Positions 10,278 to 20,056 of a stretch of 64,000 nt of DNA are shown here, piece after piece. Position 1 is the stretch's first letter. Each line of letters starts with the position of its first letter. Both the position numbers and the translations under genes were made by a program. Below the pieces are notes generated by a model. It was given only the letters and a program-made list of their open reading frames with translations, was not told where the DNA came from and searched no databases. The stretch lies in assembly GCA_918797485.1 (NCBI GenBank), contig CAKKNE010000002.1:3224001-3288000 (forward strand), written 5' to 3'. The stretch is from Pelagomonas calceolata (Eukaryota).

Positions 10278-11633
10278 ATGGCGGCGTGGCCCAGAAACGT
10301 GGTGAAGGAGCACCGGGCTGCCGCTTGGCTGCTTTACATATTCCTGCTGAGCTTATTTATCACCTACGCCAGCGTCACTATAAACCATAATCTGCAGCGC
10401 CGAGACCACCCGGTTGTGGTGGAAGACGTCGTAGAGGAGGCGTGGACGCTACCGGACATCGTCGTGTGCCTCATTTACACCGATGGATTATTCGAGTTGG
10501 GAAGGTATGCTTGTGGTGATTATAATATATTTGATGATGACGATGGCAATTATCAATGGTGCGACGCCTCCGCTTACCTGGTGGGGGGCAACGTCACTGC
10601 CCGCGATGATCCACACGTCTGCGTTCACTTCGAGACATCCACGCTCGGACAGCGATCGCGAGGCGATCAAACATTGCTGGAATTTACATGGAAAGAGCAC
10701 GACCCTTTTCGACTAGTCGACTGGGATCCAAAATGGTCACAGTTGCGCGAGGCAGCTGTGATTCTGCGCGGTGGTGGAGGAGATATGGGAGAGTACCTGC
10801 GAACCCTTTTCTCAAGCGGTGGCTTTATGGCCGACGAACTTTATTATCTTCCCATATCTACGGCTTCCGACGATGTAGGTTTCTCAAACGACATGAACCC
10901 TGAGAAGGAGGTCCATCGGCGGCTTGGACATCCCTACAAGCTTCCGCCGCCACCGACACAAGACGAGGCCAGCTTTCGGGCGACTTTTACCACGAGTCCT
11001 TTGGTGAATTACCAAGGGAATAATAGTAACATGCAATTCGAGAGCTGTTATGGAAGCGACGAAAAAGGAGGCTCAGCATTCTCGGTGCCGAACGCCCACG
11101 GCTGTCCGGGGCATCCCGTTCCATGGTTGGCTGACTACCTTAAGTTCTATCCCGACTACGTGACCGTGGGCTACTTTCAGCTCTACATTGACATACACTC
11201 ATTAAAAACACGTTACTACATCGAGCAAGACCCCATGGAGCCCCTGAAGCTCTGGGGCATACTGGCGGGCACATTCACTCAGGTCGGCATGCTCTTCGGG
11301 CTATGCTTCATCGGCAAGGCGCACCTCCGCGCACGCTTTTCGAGGAAGGCGGCCGAGGCGGTCGGTGAACGATCGTCGAGGCTCGGCGCGCGCCTGTCGT
11401 CGACGCCCGCGGTCACGCGGCTGCGCACGCGGTCGGCGAGCCTCGGTGCGCGCCTGACGCGATCTCTTCCGGGTTCGAAAGCATCGAGATCGGAGGACAG
11501 CGATGCCGACGCGAGCGCCGCCGTCGAGCTCGGGGAGGTCACGAACCCAGTGTCGTCGCCGGAGCCACTCGGCAGGGGCGAACCGGAGGGCATTGATGTT
11601 TTCGCACCACCTCGCGCGTCAGGACTGCTATAA
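10278..11633 (+). CDS. two-TM protein with a large Cys-containing loop; PAC/TMEM206- or DEG/ENaC-like channel topology
   Basis: TM1 near residues 15-35 followed by HPV...PDIVVC; TM2 EPLKLWGILAGTFTQVGMLFGLCF. Confidence 0.55.
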   Translation: MAAWPRNVVKEHRAAAWLLYIFLLSLFITYASVTINHNLQRRDHPVVVEDVVEEAWTLPDIVVCLIYTDGLFELGRYACGDYNIFDDDDGNYQWCDASAYLVGGNVTARDDPHVCVHFETSTLGQRSRGDQTLLEFTWKEHDPFRLVDWDPKWSQLREAAVILRGGGGDMGEYLRTLFSSGGFMADELYYLPISTASDDVGFSNDMNPEKEVHRRLGHPYKLPPPPTQDEASFRATFTTSPLVNYQGNNSNMQFESCYGSDEKGGSAFSVPNAHGCPGHPVPWLADYLKFYPDYVTVGYFQLYIDIHSLKTRYYIEQDPMEPLKLWGILAGTFTQVGMLFGLCFIGKAHLRARFSRKAAEAVGERSSRLGARLSSTPAVTRLRTRSASLGARLTRSLPGSKASRSEDSDADASAAVELGEVTNPVSSPEPLGRGEPEGIDVFAPPRASGLL

Positions 11634-11643
11634 TCACATGTAG

Positions 11644-12480
11644 TTACTTGCCCGGCGAATTCAGGAGCCCCTCGAAGAAGCTTCGCGCGTTGGACGACTC
11701 CGGCGTCGGCGCCGCCGCGGCCGCCGCGGCCGTGGGCGTCGCCGGCGCCTCGTGATCACCCGCGCGATTTGCCAGGTTCTGGAGCCACGCGTCCCGGTCC
11801 TCGATCACGGTTGGTGGCGCCGCCAGCTCCTCCACGACGCCGTCGTCGCCGTCCGGCGCGTCCAAAGCGGCCTCGCCCGGCGCGTAGAAGGCCTCGTCGC
11901 CGTCGTAGCGCGACGCCGGGGACGCCGCGCCCGTCAGCAACGCCATCAACGCCTCGCGGAGCGTCGCCCGCATCGTCGCGTCGCCCGCCTCGCGCAGCGC
12001 CGCGAGCGCGACGCCCGCGTCGCCGCAGCGCCGCCGCAGCGCGCCCAGCCGCGACCCGCCGAAGGCGATTACCAAAGTGGGCGCGCCGTCGAGCGCCGTG
12101 AGCCAGCTCTGGAAAGCGGCGGCCGGCGCGTGGCCACCGTCGACGACGACGACGGCGGCGGAGTGCGAGGCGGCGCGCAGGGCGCCTCCGACCGCGCTCT
12201 CCGGCCTCACGAGGTCCGCGGCGACGGCGGGCCGGCCCACGACTTGCCACGTCTCGGCGCCCTCGACCGCGGAGACCGCGCAGCAGCCGACCGTCGCGGA
12301 CTCCGTTGATACATCATCGCTCAGGGCCGCGCGCGCCAGCTCGACGAGCCGCGTCGTCGCCGCGCAGATGACGACGCGACGCGGCGGCGGCGGTTGGGGG
12401 GCGGCGCAGAGCTCGTCCCAGAGCGCTGCGACGGGCGCCGTCTCGGTTTGCGGCGGTGGCGGCGCGACGGCGGCGGCCAT
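11644..12480 (-). CDS. divergent dynein light intermediate chain-like protein
   Basis: N-terminal LWxxL; C-terminal helices EDRDAWLQNL and RSFFEGLL resemble DLIC helix-1 and helix-2. Confidence 0.45.
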   Translation of the reverse strand: MAAAVAPPPPQTETAPVAALWDELCAAPQPPPPRRVVICAATTRLVELARAALSDDVSTESATVGCCAVSAVEGAETWQVVGRPAVAADLVRPESAVGGALRAASHSAAVVVVDGGHAPAAAFQSWLTALDGAPTLVIAFGGSRLGALRRRCGDAGVALAALREAGDATMRATLREALMALLTGAASPASRYDGDEAFYAPGEAALDAPDGDDGVVEELAAPPTVIEDRDAWLQNLANRAGDHEAPATPTAAAAAAAPTPESSNARSFFEGLLNSPGK

Positions 12481-12629
12481 CGTTTATGGCTTGTATGCGT
12501 CGCTTCTCGGGGCCGCGTCCTGCGCTAGCGAGCGTATTGATGCTGTGGTTAGACAGCGACTGCGCGAGCACGATTAGCGGAGCAAAATAGCGGCAAAATG
12601 CCGAAAAAAACTGCGGCTCTACCGAATTG

Positions 12630-12650
12630 CTAGTACGTCGCAACGCTAGC
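12630..12650. promoter_or_regulatory. CTAG-bipartite intergenic motif, copy 3 (divergent variant)
   Basis: CTAGTACGTCGCAACGCTAGC, between divergent genes. Confidence 0.5.
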
Positions 12651-12697
12651 TAACTGCCGTTCGTTGGTAGGTCGGGGCAGCCTAAAAAGCGTCCAAG

Positions 12698-13801
12698 ATG
12701 CTCGTCAAGGCCAGCGTGGCCCGGTCCCCGAACCAGCTCGCGCAGCACGTGCGCCAGAAGGTGCTCGTGGCCGCGGTAGCTAGGGGCGTGCCGACCATCA
12801 ATGACCTCTTAAAAAGGGCCGACGAGGACAAGTCCGGTGCTCTATCTTATAAAGAATTCTACACCACTCTGAGAAAATTACTACAATTAACAGCAGCGGC
12901 GGTGACCGACGACGCGGTGCGCCAGACCTTCAAGGTCATCGACAAAACGGGCGACGGCGCGCTGTCGCGCGAGGAATTTGCCACCTTCCTACGGGGCAAG
13001 AACACGTCGGACGATGCTCAGTTAGTGGACTGCCTCGACGCGAAGAACAAGCTCGCGGCGCGCCAGGCGGCACTACGGAGAGAAGCGCGCCTGAAATTGC
13101 TGCGGAAACGACTACGCAAGGCCGTGCAGCTCCACGGCTCCTTCTTCGAGAACCACAGCGTGGAATGGTCCCTGGACGAGTTCTTGGACGTAGTACGCAA
13201 CACGCTAGCATTAGGCGCGCACGCCATCACGGACGCCGACGTCGAGATGGTGTTTCGCGAGCTGAGCGACGGCGACGCGCTCCACCCCGACGCCGTCGCG
13301 CGCTTCGTCAACCCCGAGAAACCAACGACGGAGAAGGAGAACGCCGCACCTCCAACACCAGCCCCGGACGCGCCGTCGCGCCTCGACGCGCTCTCGCGGC
13401 CGAAGCGCGTCCACGACAAGCCGCCTCCATCGGAAGACGCGACGCCCTGGAAGGCCACGTCCATCACGTCGCCGATCCCGCCGCTGCCCCCCTCGCCGCG
13501 GACGCCCGGCGGGACGCGGCGGTCGCGGCCACCGGCGTCGCCGGGCGGACGGGCAGACGCGCTACTCGGCGCGCGCGACGCGCTGGGTCGCGCCGCCGAG
13601 GCGCTCGCCGCGAGCGACACGGCCGCCGAGGACGACCCCGCAGAATTAGCGGTCGCCGTCGAGCAGCTGCGCCAGCTCTGCGTCCGCGTCGCCGCCGCGG
13701 CCGACGGCGTCGCGACGCTCGCCGCGACGATCAAGCGGAAGCGGGGCGCGCAGAGCCTGGCGAAGTCCGTGTCCTTCTCCGACGACGTCGTGACGCCCTA
13801 A
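12698..13801 (+). CDS. EF-hand calcium-binding protein
   Basis: EF loops DEDKSGALSYKE and DKTGDGALSREE; Pro-rich C-terminal region. Confidence 0.8.
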   Translation: MLVKASVARSPNQLAQHVRQKVLVAAVARGVPTINDLLKRADEDKSGALSYKEFYTTLRKLLQLTAAAVTDDAVRQTFKVIDKTGDGALSREEFATFLRGKNTSDDAQLVDCLDAKNKLAARQAALRREARLKLLRKRLRKAVQLHGSFFENHSVEWSLDEFLDVVRNTLALGAHAITDADVEMVFRELSDGDALHPDAVARFVNPEKPTTEKENAAPPTPAPDAPSRLDALSRPKRVHDKPPPSEDATPWKATSITSPIPPLPPSPRTPGGTRRSRPPASPGGRADALLGARDALGRAAEALAASDTAAEDDPAELAVAVEQLRQLCVRVAAAADGVATLAATIKRKRGAQSLAKSVSFSDDVVTP

Positions 13802-14162
13802 GAAAGACTGCTAGGACTTCTTCTTAGCGCCCCCCTTTCTTTCTTCCAGGCCGCGCTCAAAGCGGGTTGTGGTTCTGTAGAGAATACTTGTTATAGACAT
13901 GACACTAACACGGCCGCGTGCGAGATGCCTCCGGAGGGAGTGCGTCGCACAGCAACCGTGGGCGGCCCTAACAGTCCGGTCCTGTCGCAATAACCAGTCC
14001 GATCCGTTCCCGACCGCTCGCCTCTTAATACGCGACCACCATTCGGCAGATGGTGGCCACGGACGCCGACCTGACCTCGGGGGCCTTCCGACGCTCGGTA
14101 ATCTAACCCAAAGTTTTCTTCTTGCACGATCCGCTCCGTCGAGCGTCGTGCTCGCCGCTCAC

Positions 14163-14514
14163 GTGTCCGTAGTAAATTCGCAGCGGCGCGTTGTACTAAA
14201 TCCGTATGGATCCATAGTAATACCGCGGTGTCCGTAGTAAATCCGCGGTGGACAGTTGTACTAAATCCGTGGGGGTCCGTCCTAGTAATCTCCATACTGG
14301 TCTGTTGTACTAAAGATAATGGTAGGACCGCGGTCGTGCCTCCGCTATATATAATACACGACCCGCGAGTGTGCTCATGGCCTCGTCGGCGTCTCTGACT
14401 CATGGCCTCGCACACGTAATATAAATTGTAGGGCGTCAACTAAGCGACGACATGTCGGCGATACCGACTCTAATAGTAGGACCGCGTTCGTGCCTCCGCT
14501 ATATATGATGCACG
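14163..14514. repeat. compound intergenic repeat region
   Basis: 65-bp period repeat (units start 14163 and 14228) and a 44-bp direct repeat pair (14317-14360, 14471-14514; 4 mismatches). Confidence 0.85.
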
Positions 14515-14650
14515 GCGGCCGCGAACTAGGCAAACGGATTCGGTGCGCCGGTGCTGCCGAGGCCCCTAGACACCACCACATCTTTGTTAGGAATGTTGTT
14601 TAGGAACATCAAGTTGTGTTTGAAGGTCTCAGCCATCAGGTGGGTCACCT

Positions 14651-15076
14651 TCAATGACACCTTGTGTTGACGACGGAAGGCCAATTGCTGGGCGGCGGAA
14701 CGCTCAATTTTACTGTTTTTTTGGCCGGTTTAAAACCCTGAATATGCTCGCGACGTTCTTTCCGATTCGGCTCTTCGTTGGTAGCCGTCGCCTTCAGACC
14801 TTTAGTGAAAAGGCGTTCATCTTGATCACGCTTCCGTCGGTTGCTGCGTTCGTTCACACGTTTGAAATGGCGTAAACGGTAACGTTTCTTCGTATCAGCA
14901 TCTAGATCGACGGGCTTCGTCGGATATGACGAGCCCGACCCGTTTCCACCCAAAGCAATTACCGTCGACGGACCGCCGCCGCCGTCTTGGGGCCCCAAGG
15001 CCTTCTTGTGCGCATCTTTGGTCCCGCCGGGCCCGCTCCCGACATCTCCCGTTCGTGGCGAAGCGCCACGGTCCAT
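14651..15076 (-). CDS. hypothetical basic (Lys/Arg-rich) protein
   Basis: 141-aa ATG-initiated ORF about 200 bp downstream of a CTAG motif copy; no recognisable domain. Confidence 0.35.
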   Translation of the reverse strand: MDRGASPRTGDVGSGPGGTKDAHKKALGPQDGGGGPSTVIALGGNGSGSSYPTKPVDLDADTKKRYRLRHFKRVNERSNRRKRDQDERLFTKGLKATATNEEPNRKERREHIQGFKPAKKTVKLSVPPPSNWPSVVNTRCH

Positions 15077-15275
15077 CTTCGGCCGTCGCGTGCCTCGCGG
15101 AGGCGGTGGCCTTTGTGGGCTTGGTGCTGCCCTTCAGTGGACTTCCTGCTGCTTTTTGGGGCAGCAGACACTTGCGCAGCGTGCTCGGCGTCCGTGGCTC
15201 GCTCGTGGCGAGCTCGTTGGCGAACTTGTGCGGAAGGCACAACTAGGCCACCAGCCAAACCTGGGCTTTTGCTTG

Positions 15276-15298
15276 CTAGTGTCTCAATAGACGCTAGC
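15276..15298. promoter_or_regulatory. CTAG-bipartite intergenic motif, copy 4
   Basis: CTAGTGTCTCAATAGACGCTAGC. Confidence 0.55.
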
Positions 15299-15772
15299 GC
15301 TTTATTTTTTTTTGCGTTTGCGCTTTTTCTTTTTTTTTGTTGGCGCATCGGCGGAATCGCTGCCGGAGCCGCTGGCACTCGATTGGGCTGCCATCTTGCC
15401 CTTCTGCAGTGGTGGTTTACCTTCTACACGCCCGAGGCGAGGCGCAACACAGGCAAACAGAATGCCAGCGCCCGGGCCCGACAGCGCCGCTTACTTTTTT
15501 TGGGACCGCGCCAGGATGAGGCGGCTAAGTACCTTTCTGTCAATTTTACGCGTCGACCTGTCCCCCGGGGATCGTTCCGAGGCTTGCTCGCGCGCCGGAC
15601 AACCCACTAAAACTTTGAGCATTAGTTGCTTTGCTTAGAGCTAGGCCACCAGCCGAATCAGTAGTTCACTTTTACACAGTCTTCTCCGAGGCAGCGGCAC
15701 GGCGAGCCCGCGCATTCCGCTTCCACCTCGCACGCTTTGCTGCGAGGTGCAGGTAATTCGGCCGTGGCGCCG

Positions 15773-17835
15773 TCAGAGGGCGTCACGAGCTCCCCGCCGC
15801 CGAGCGGTGCCGCCGCGACGACGGGAGGCAGGAGAGTTTTTCGCTTTTTTCTTGGTCTTCTTGGCGAATTTCTTCGCCGCCAGCGCCGTCGCGACCTTCG
15901 CGGTCGACTCATTTTCTTCTCGCGCCTTCGCGTCGGCCACGACTTCGAGCTGCATTGCTATGGCCGTGCCCTCCGGCGGGAGGGGCTCCGCGTCCTTCGA
16001 CGGCCGCCGCCGCTCCGCCCGTCGCTCCGCGTCGTATTCCTCGAGCACGGCGCGGACCTCGCTCTTGTCCTTCAGGATCGTCCGCTCGTCGCCGGCGATT
16101 TGGTCCTTGGCCAGGTCATACGCCGTGTGGCCGAAGCTATTTGCAATGGTCGGATCTGCGCCTGCGCGTGCAAGCGTCTCGGCGAGAGATCGGCGACCGC
16201 CACGCCATCGGACCGACGTCGAGTGAAGTTTGATTCACGCGCTGCGCAGGACCGTGGGCCAGCAACAGCTCGGCGCACTTCTTCTGGTCGCAAAAAATCG
16301 CCACGGCGAGCGGCGTCCAGCCTTTGGCATCCCGCCGGTTGGGGTTCGTCCAGAACACCTTGGCGGCAACCTGTGCATAAATCAACCAGTGAGCCGGGTG
16401 GCCGAGGAACCACGCTATTGAGCAGGCGTCGCGTCGATGGCGTGGAGGTCGACGCGGCGATTCAGGACGAACGCGCCGTAAATTTGATTTCCACACAGGC
16501 GGCGACCGACTCGTCGCCCGGCTGCGTCGTCGGCGGGTCGATGGTCCCGTGGTGCGTCAGCAGGAAGGCGCAGAGTTCGACGTGCCCGTGCTGCGCGGCC
16601 AGATGCAGGCACGTGCCGCCGCGCTCGTCTCTTGCAGTATTCGCCGTGCACCGCGGCCGCTCCTTGTGCGTCGTGGCAAATTCTACAACCTCGTCGAGCA
16701 ACTTTTGGAGTTGCGCCGCGTCGCCTCGGACAGACGCTTCAATAAGCTCGTTGCGCAACACGTCGCGCGCGTGCGCCTCCCGCTGCGCCGCCGTCTTGAG
16801 GCGCTCCTGCAAAGCGAGCTCCATCGCCTTCTCCCGCTTCTTCAGCAGGCGCTGCGTCTCCTTTTCATCCCACGCCTCGAGCACGGCACGCGTTTCTTCG
16901 TTCGACGCTATGTCGAAGGGCCGCTCGAAGTCGCGGTTCGTGATTGAGGGGTCGGCGCCGCTCTTGAGCAGCAGCGTGCACATCGCTGAAAACCCACCGA
17001 AGGCCGCGCGCCAGAGCGGCGTCCTACCTAGATCCGACTGCGAGTTCGGGTCGGCGCCGAGCTCCAGCAAATACGTCACAAGTTCAGAATGGCCCTGCGC
17101 CGCCGCATCACTTAAAGGCGTGTTGTCCCGCGCGTCGACACTATCGACGTAGAAGCCCTGCTCGATCAAGCGCTTGACGTCGTCGATCTCGTTCTCGAAC
17201 GCGTGCTCGACCATGTCCGGTGAATTGCGTCGGACTTCGCGCGCGCCTAACGTATCGGCGAGGGCGTCGTCGGCGTCTTGTGCTTTGTTAGCGGTCTTGG
17301 CCGGCGTCTCGCCGACGGCGACGATCGAGAACGCGTCTCGCACGTCTTCTGGCAATTCGAGGGTGCGCGGGTCGCCCTTCCCTACGACCACGACGAGCGC
17401 GAAGTCGTCTCGCGGCAGGAACTCGTGCGGCTCGGGGTCGCCCTGGTCCGGGCGGAGCAGCGTCGACCAGACGTCCTCGCGGAATAACTGGCGCTTGTCC
17501 AGGATGGCTCTCGGGAAGTAGTTGTCCTCGAAGGCGGCCTCGAGGCCCCGGAGCGTGTCGACGGACGAGTACGCGAGGCACATCGTCGAGCCGCACTTGA
17601 GGCAGCCCACGAGCAGCCGGCGCAGGTGGTCGCGCTCCATGTCCTGCTGGCTCTCTCCCAACAGAAAGCAGCCCCGCTGATATCTCAAAAAGCGCGACGC
17701 CTGCTCCGTCGGGTCGAGCACGAGGGGCCACCGCTCGTCGACGTAGAGGCAATGCTCCAGCGCGTCCGGCAGGGCCTTCAGGACGATGGGCTTCGGTGGC
17801 TGCGCGGCCTCGTCGACCGAGGCCGCGGCACCCAT
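15773..17835 (-). CDS. IQANK1-like ankyrin-repeat protein; exons 17835-16507, 16370-16253, 16161-15773
   Basis: MGAAAS N-myristoylation-type start; RWPLVLDPTEQASRFLRY segment; several ankyrin repeats (TPLSDAA, GRTPLWRAA, GWTPLAVA). Two GT-AG introns restore the frame. Confidence 0.8.
16162..16252 (-). mobile_element. 91-nt intron, degenerate introner
   Basis: GT...CAG, phase 1; short terminal inverted repeat CTGCGC..GCGCAG; internal CGATGGCGTGG motif. Confidence 0.6.
16371..16506 (-). mobile_element. introner element forming a 136-nt intron
   Basis: TIRs CTGTGTGGAAATCAA / TTGATTTATGCACAG; 8-bp TSD GTCGCCGC / GTTGCCGC. The GT donor lies in the TSD and the AG acceptor at the TIR end. Confidence 0.9.
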
Positions 17836-18006
17836 CTTTATGTTAGTTGTCAGGGCTATGGGCAGCACAGATGGATGGGGCTGCCTCACTGATGGGGCAG
17901 CACTGCTGTGTCACGACTTTGTGATCGTGATGCGATGACGATGATGGCGCCTCCAAAGCGTGACAGATGAACGAGGATGCGCATATGCGTAGCGCCGGCC
18001 TGAGAG

Positions 18007-18719
18007 CCCAGCGGCCTGGCTAGTAGGTTCGACGACGGTGAGGGAGACCCGCACTCAGTTTTTTAGGGCTTTTAGCCCGTAGCTCGACGCGCGGGCAACC
18101 GCGTGCAACAAACCCACTGACAAAGAAAGGTCATAATAACCTATCGACACGCGACAAAAGACGCGGCAGCGATTGGGCTGCGTCTCGCAGAGAAACCGGC
18201 CAAAAACCATGAAAAATGACGCTCGACAGCCCTTGGCTGCCCCGTATCGCGCCGATCGGGCCACCGCAGCGTCGGATATCGTAGTCCGTATGGCCGTCGA
18301 CGATCTGAGACAAAAAGCAGCGGCAGCGGCCCATGGGATGTCGGTCTATGTGTGGTCCGCGTTCTCGACGTGAACGCGCGTCGGGCCGAAAACGCCACCA
18401 ATTAAGGCGAGATTTGGCTCGGGCATTTCCAGCCACCGCGTCGGACATCTCAGACGGTCCCGGGGGATTTAGCCGCCCGGGCGCCCCAAACGAGCGTATC
18501 GGGGCAGCCTAGAGGGAATAAACCGACTTTTGTCAATATGGGGCGGCAGCCGCTGCTTTTTGCGCAAGGCGGCCTTAAATGAGTTTTTTGGTCGATAGAC
18601 ACAAAAAGCAGTGGCTGGCGAGCACCTTCGCCACTGCCGATTTGCTCAAATTTGGCCTCCACAAAACCCGAAAAGCCGTGCGGGTTGCCGTTGTCGAACC
18701 TACTAGCCAGGCCACTGGG
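18007..18719. mobile_element. MITE / non-autonomous DNA transposon (CMC/EnSpm-like termini)
   Basis: 32-bp TIRs (18007-18038, 18688-18719; 2 mismatches) with CCC...GGG ends; AG direct repeat on both flanks; no credible ORF. Confidence 0.85.
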
Positions 18720-18725
18720 AGCAGA

Positions 18726-18746
18726 GCTAGCGTATCGACATACTAG
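18726..18746. promoter_or_regulatory. CTAG-bipartite intergenic motif, copy 5
   Basis: GCTAGCGTATCGACATACTAG, between divergent genes. Confidence 0.55.
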
Positions 18747-18942
18747 TACCAAAAGCAAAAGCGGCAAAAGCGGCAAAGCTCACGCCGCTGTAGCGCATAC
18801 GTGAAGCAACACAGCTCTGTGGTGCCTATCACAATTACAGAAACCGCATTTATAAACTCCGCTTGGGTTAAGAGCGATACAGGCGCCGTAACACAACCTC
18901 TGAAGCATCTAAGCAGAGCTGTAAAAACAGCACAAAAAAAAA

Positions 18943-20016
18943 ATGAACGCCCGCTTAGAGCGCGAGCTCGGCACGCTGGCAAAACATGTAGAGGCCCTCG
19001 AACAGCTGGCGAACGAAACTGATAGGGATGCGTCCTTCGCGCGGCGCGCGCGCGGCGCCGCCGGGGCCGCGGCCGCCGCGCGGCGCAGCCTCGCTGCCCA
19101 ATTAGAAATAGCGGAGCGCGCGGCCGCGGAGGCGCCGGAACCGCGACGCAAGCAGCTGGGCGTGGCGCCGCGCCGCGCGCGCGTCCGATTGTCGGCGCTG
19201 AGCGAGGCGCTCGCCCGCGCATTACGAGGCTGCGGCGTGGCCGGCCAGGCCGTGCAGATCCTGGAGCAGCTGGACCGCGACGCGCTCTTTCAGAGCGCTT
19301 CATCGAAGACGCCGCAGAAGACACAGAACGAGGACGCTCGCGCGGCGGCGGCGTCATTAAGAAGGACGCGCGACTTATTAGCAAGGGGCCTCGACCAGGT
19401 CGCCGCGGCGGCCGAGGCCATCGAGGAGGACGCGTCCTTGTTCTCGGGCGTCCTCGGCAAGCATTCCAAGATCGGCGGCGCCGTGAAGCGCGCCGGGCGG
19501 GCGATCCGGAGCATCAAGACGCAGGAGGACCGCGACCTCGCCTCCATGGTCGCGTCGGTCTGCGTCTTCTACCTCGTCGTGTTTTACATAATTTGGCGCC
19601 GGCTGCCGCTGCGCGAGGTGCTGCGGTGGGTCCTTTCATCATTGTGGGGCCTCTGCTTCGGTGGCAGTGCTACGGAAGAGGTCGCGGAGACGGCCGTCGC
19701 GGCCTGCGCCGCGGCGGCCGCCGCCGGCGCGGCGCTGCCGGCGCACTGCGCCCTGCACGAGGCGGCCGCGGCCGCCGCCGCGTCGTCTGTGCAGGAGGCG
19801 CCGTCTGCGGCGCCGCCCGCGCCCGAACGGGACCCCGATCCGCCGGCCTGCGTGGACACGGCGGGCTGGCACGACGGCAAGAACGGCTGCTCGGGCTACG
19901 CGCGGCACGCGGACACGTGGTGCGACTTGTATGGAGGCACGGACTACAACGGCCAAGGGCCCGCGGCCGTCCACTGCTGCGCCTGCGGCGGCGGTTCCAC
20001 GAGGGACGAACTGTAG
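18943..20016 (+). CDS. SEC20: Sec20/BNIP1-like ER SNARE with Cys-rich C-terminal module and RDEL
   Basis: LRRTR... SNARE heptads, then D-x-TM (VCVFYLVVFYIIWRRL); ends in RDEL. Confidence 0.75.
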   Translation: MNARLERELGTLAKHVEALEQLANETDRDASFARRARGAAGAAAAARRSLAAQLEIAERAAAEAPEPRRKQLGVAPRRARVRLSALSEALARALRGCGVAGQAVQILEQLDRDALFQSASSKTPQKTQNEDARAAAASLRRTRDLLARGLDQVAAAAEAIEEDASLFSGVLGKHSKIGGAVKRAGRAIRSIKTQEDRDLASMVASVCVFYLVVFYIIWRRLPLREVLRWVLSSLWGLCFGGSATEEVAETAVAACAAAAAAGAALPAHCALHEAAAAAAASSVQEAPSAAPPAPERDPDPPACVDTAGWHDGKNGCSGYARHADTWCDLYGGTDYNGQGPAAVHCCACGGGSTRDEL

Positions 20017-20056
20017 TAAGAGACATTTGTGTGTGATTACAAACGAAACGCGAACG

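Noticed and set aside
14317..14514. Hairpins as a CRESS-virus replication origin
   Set aside because: No canonical nonanucleotide in the loop and no Rep ORF nearby.
18055..18776. Short ORFs inside the MITE
   Set aside because: No transposase motifs and no coding-like codon bias.
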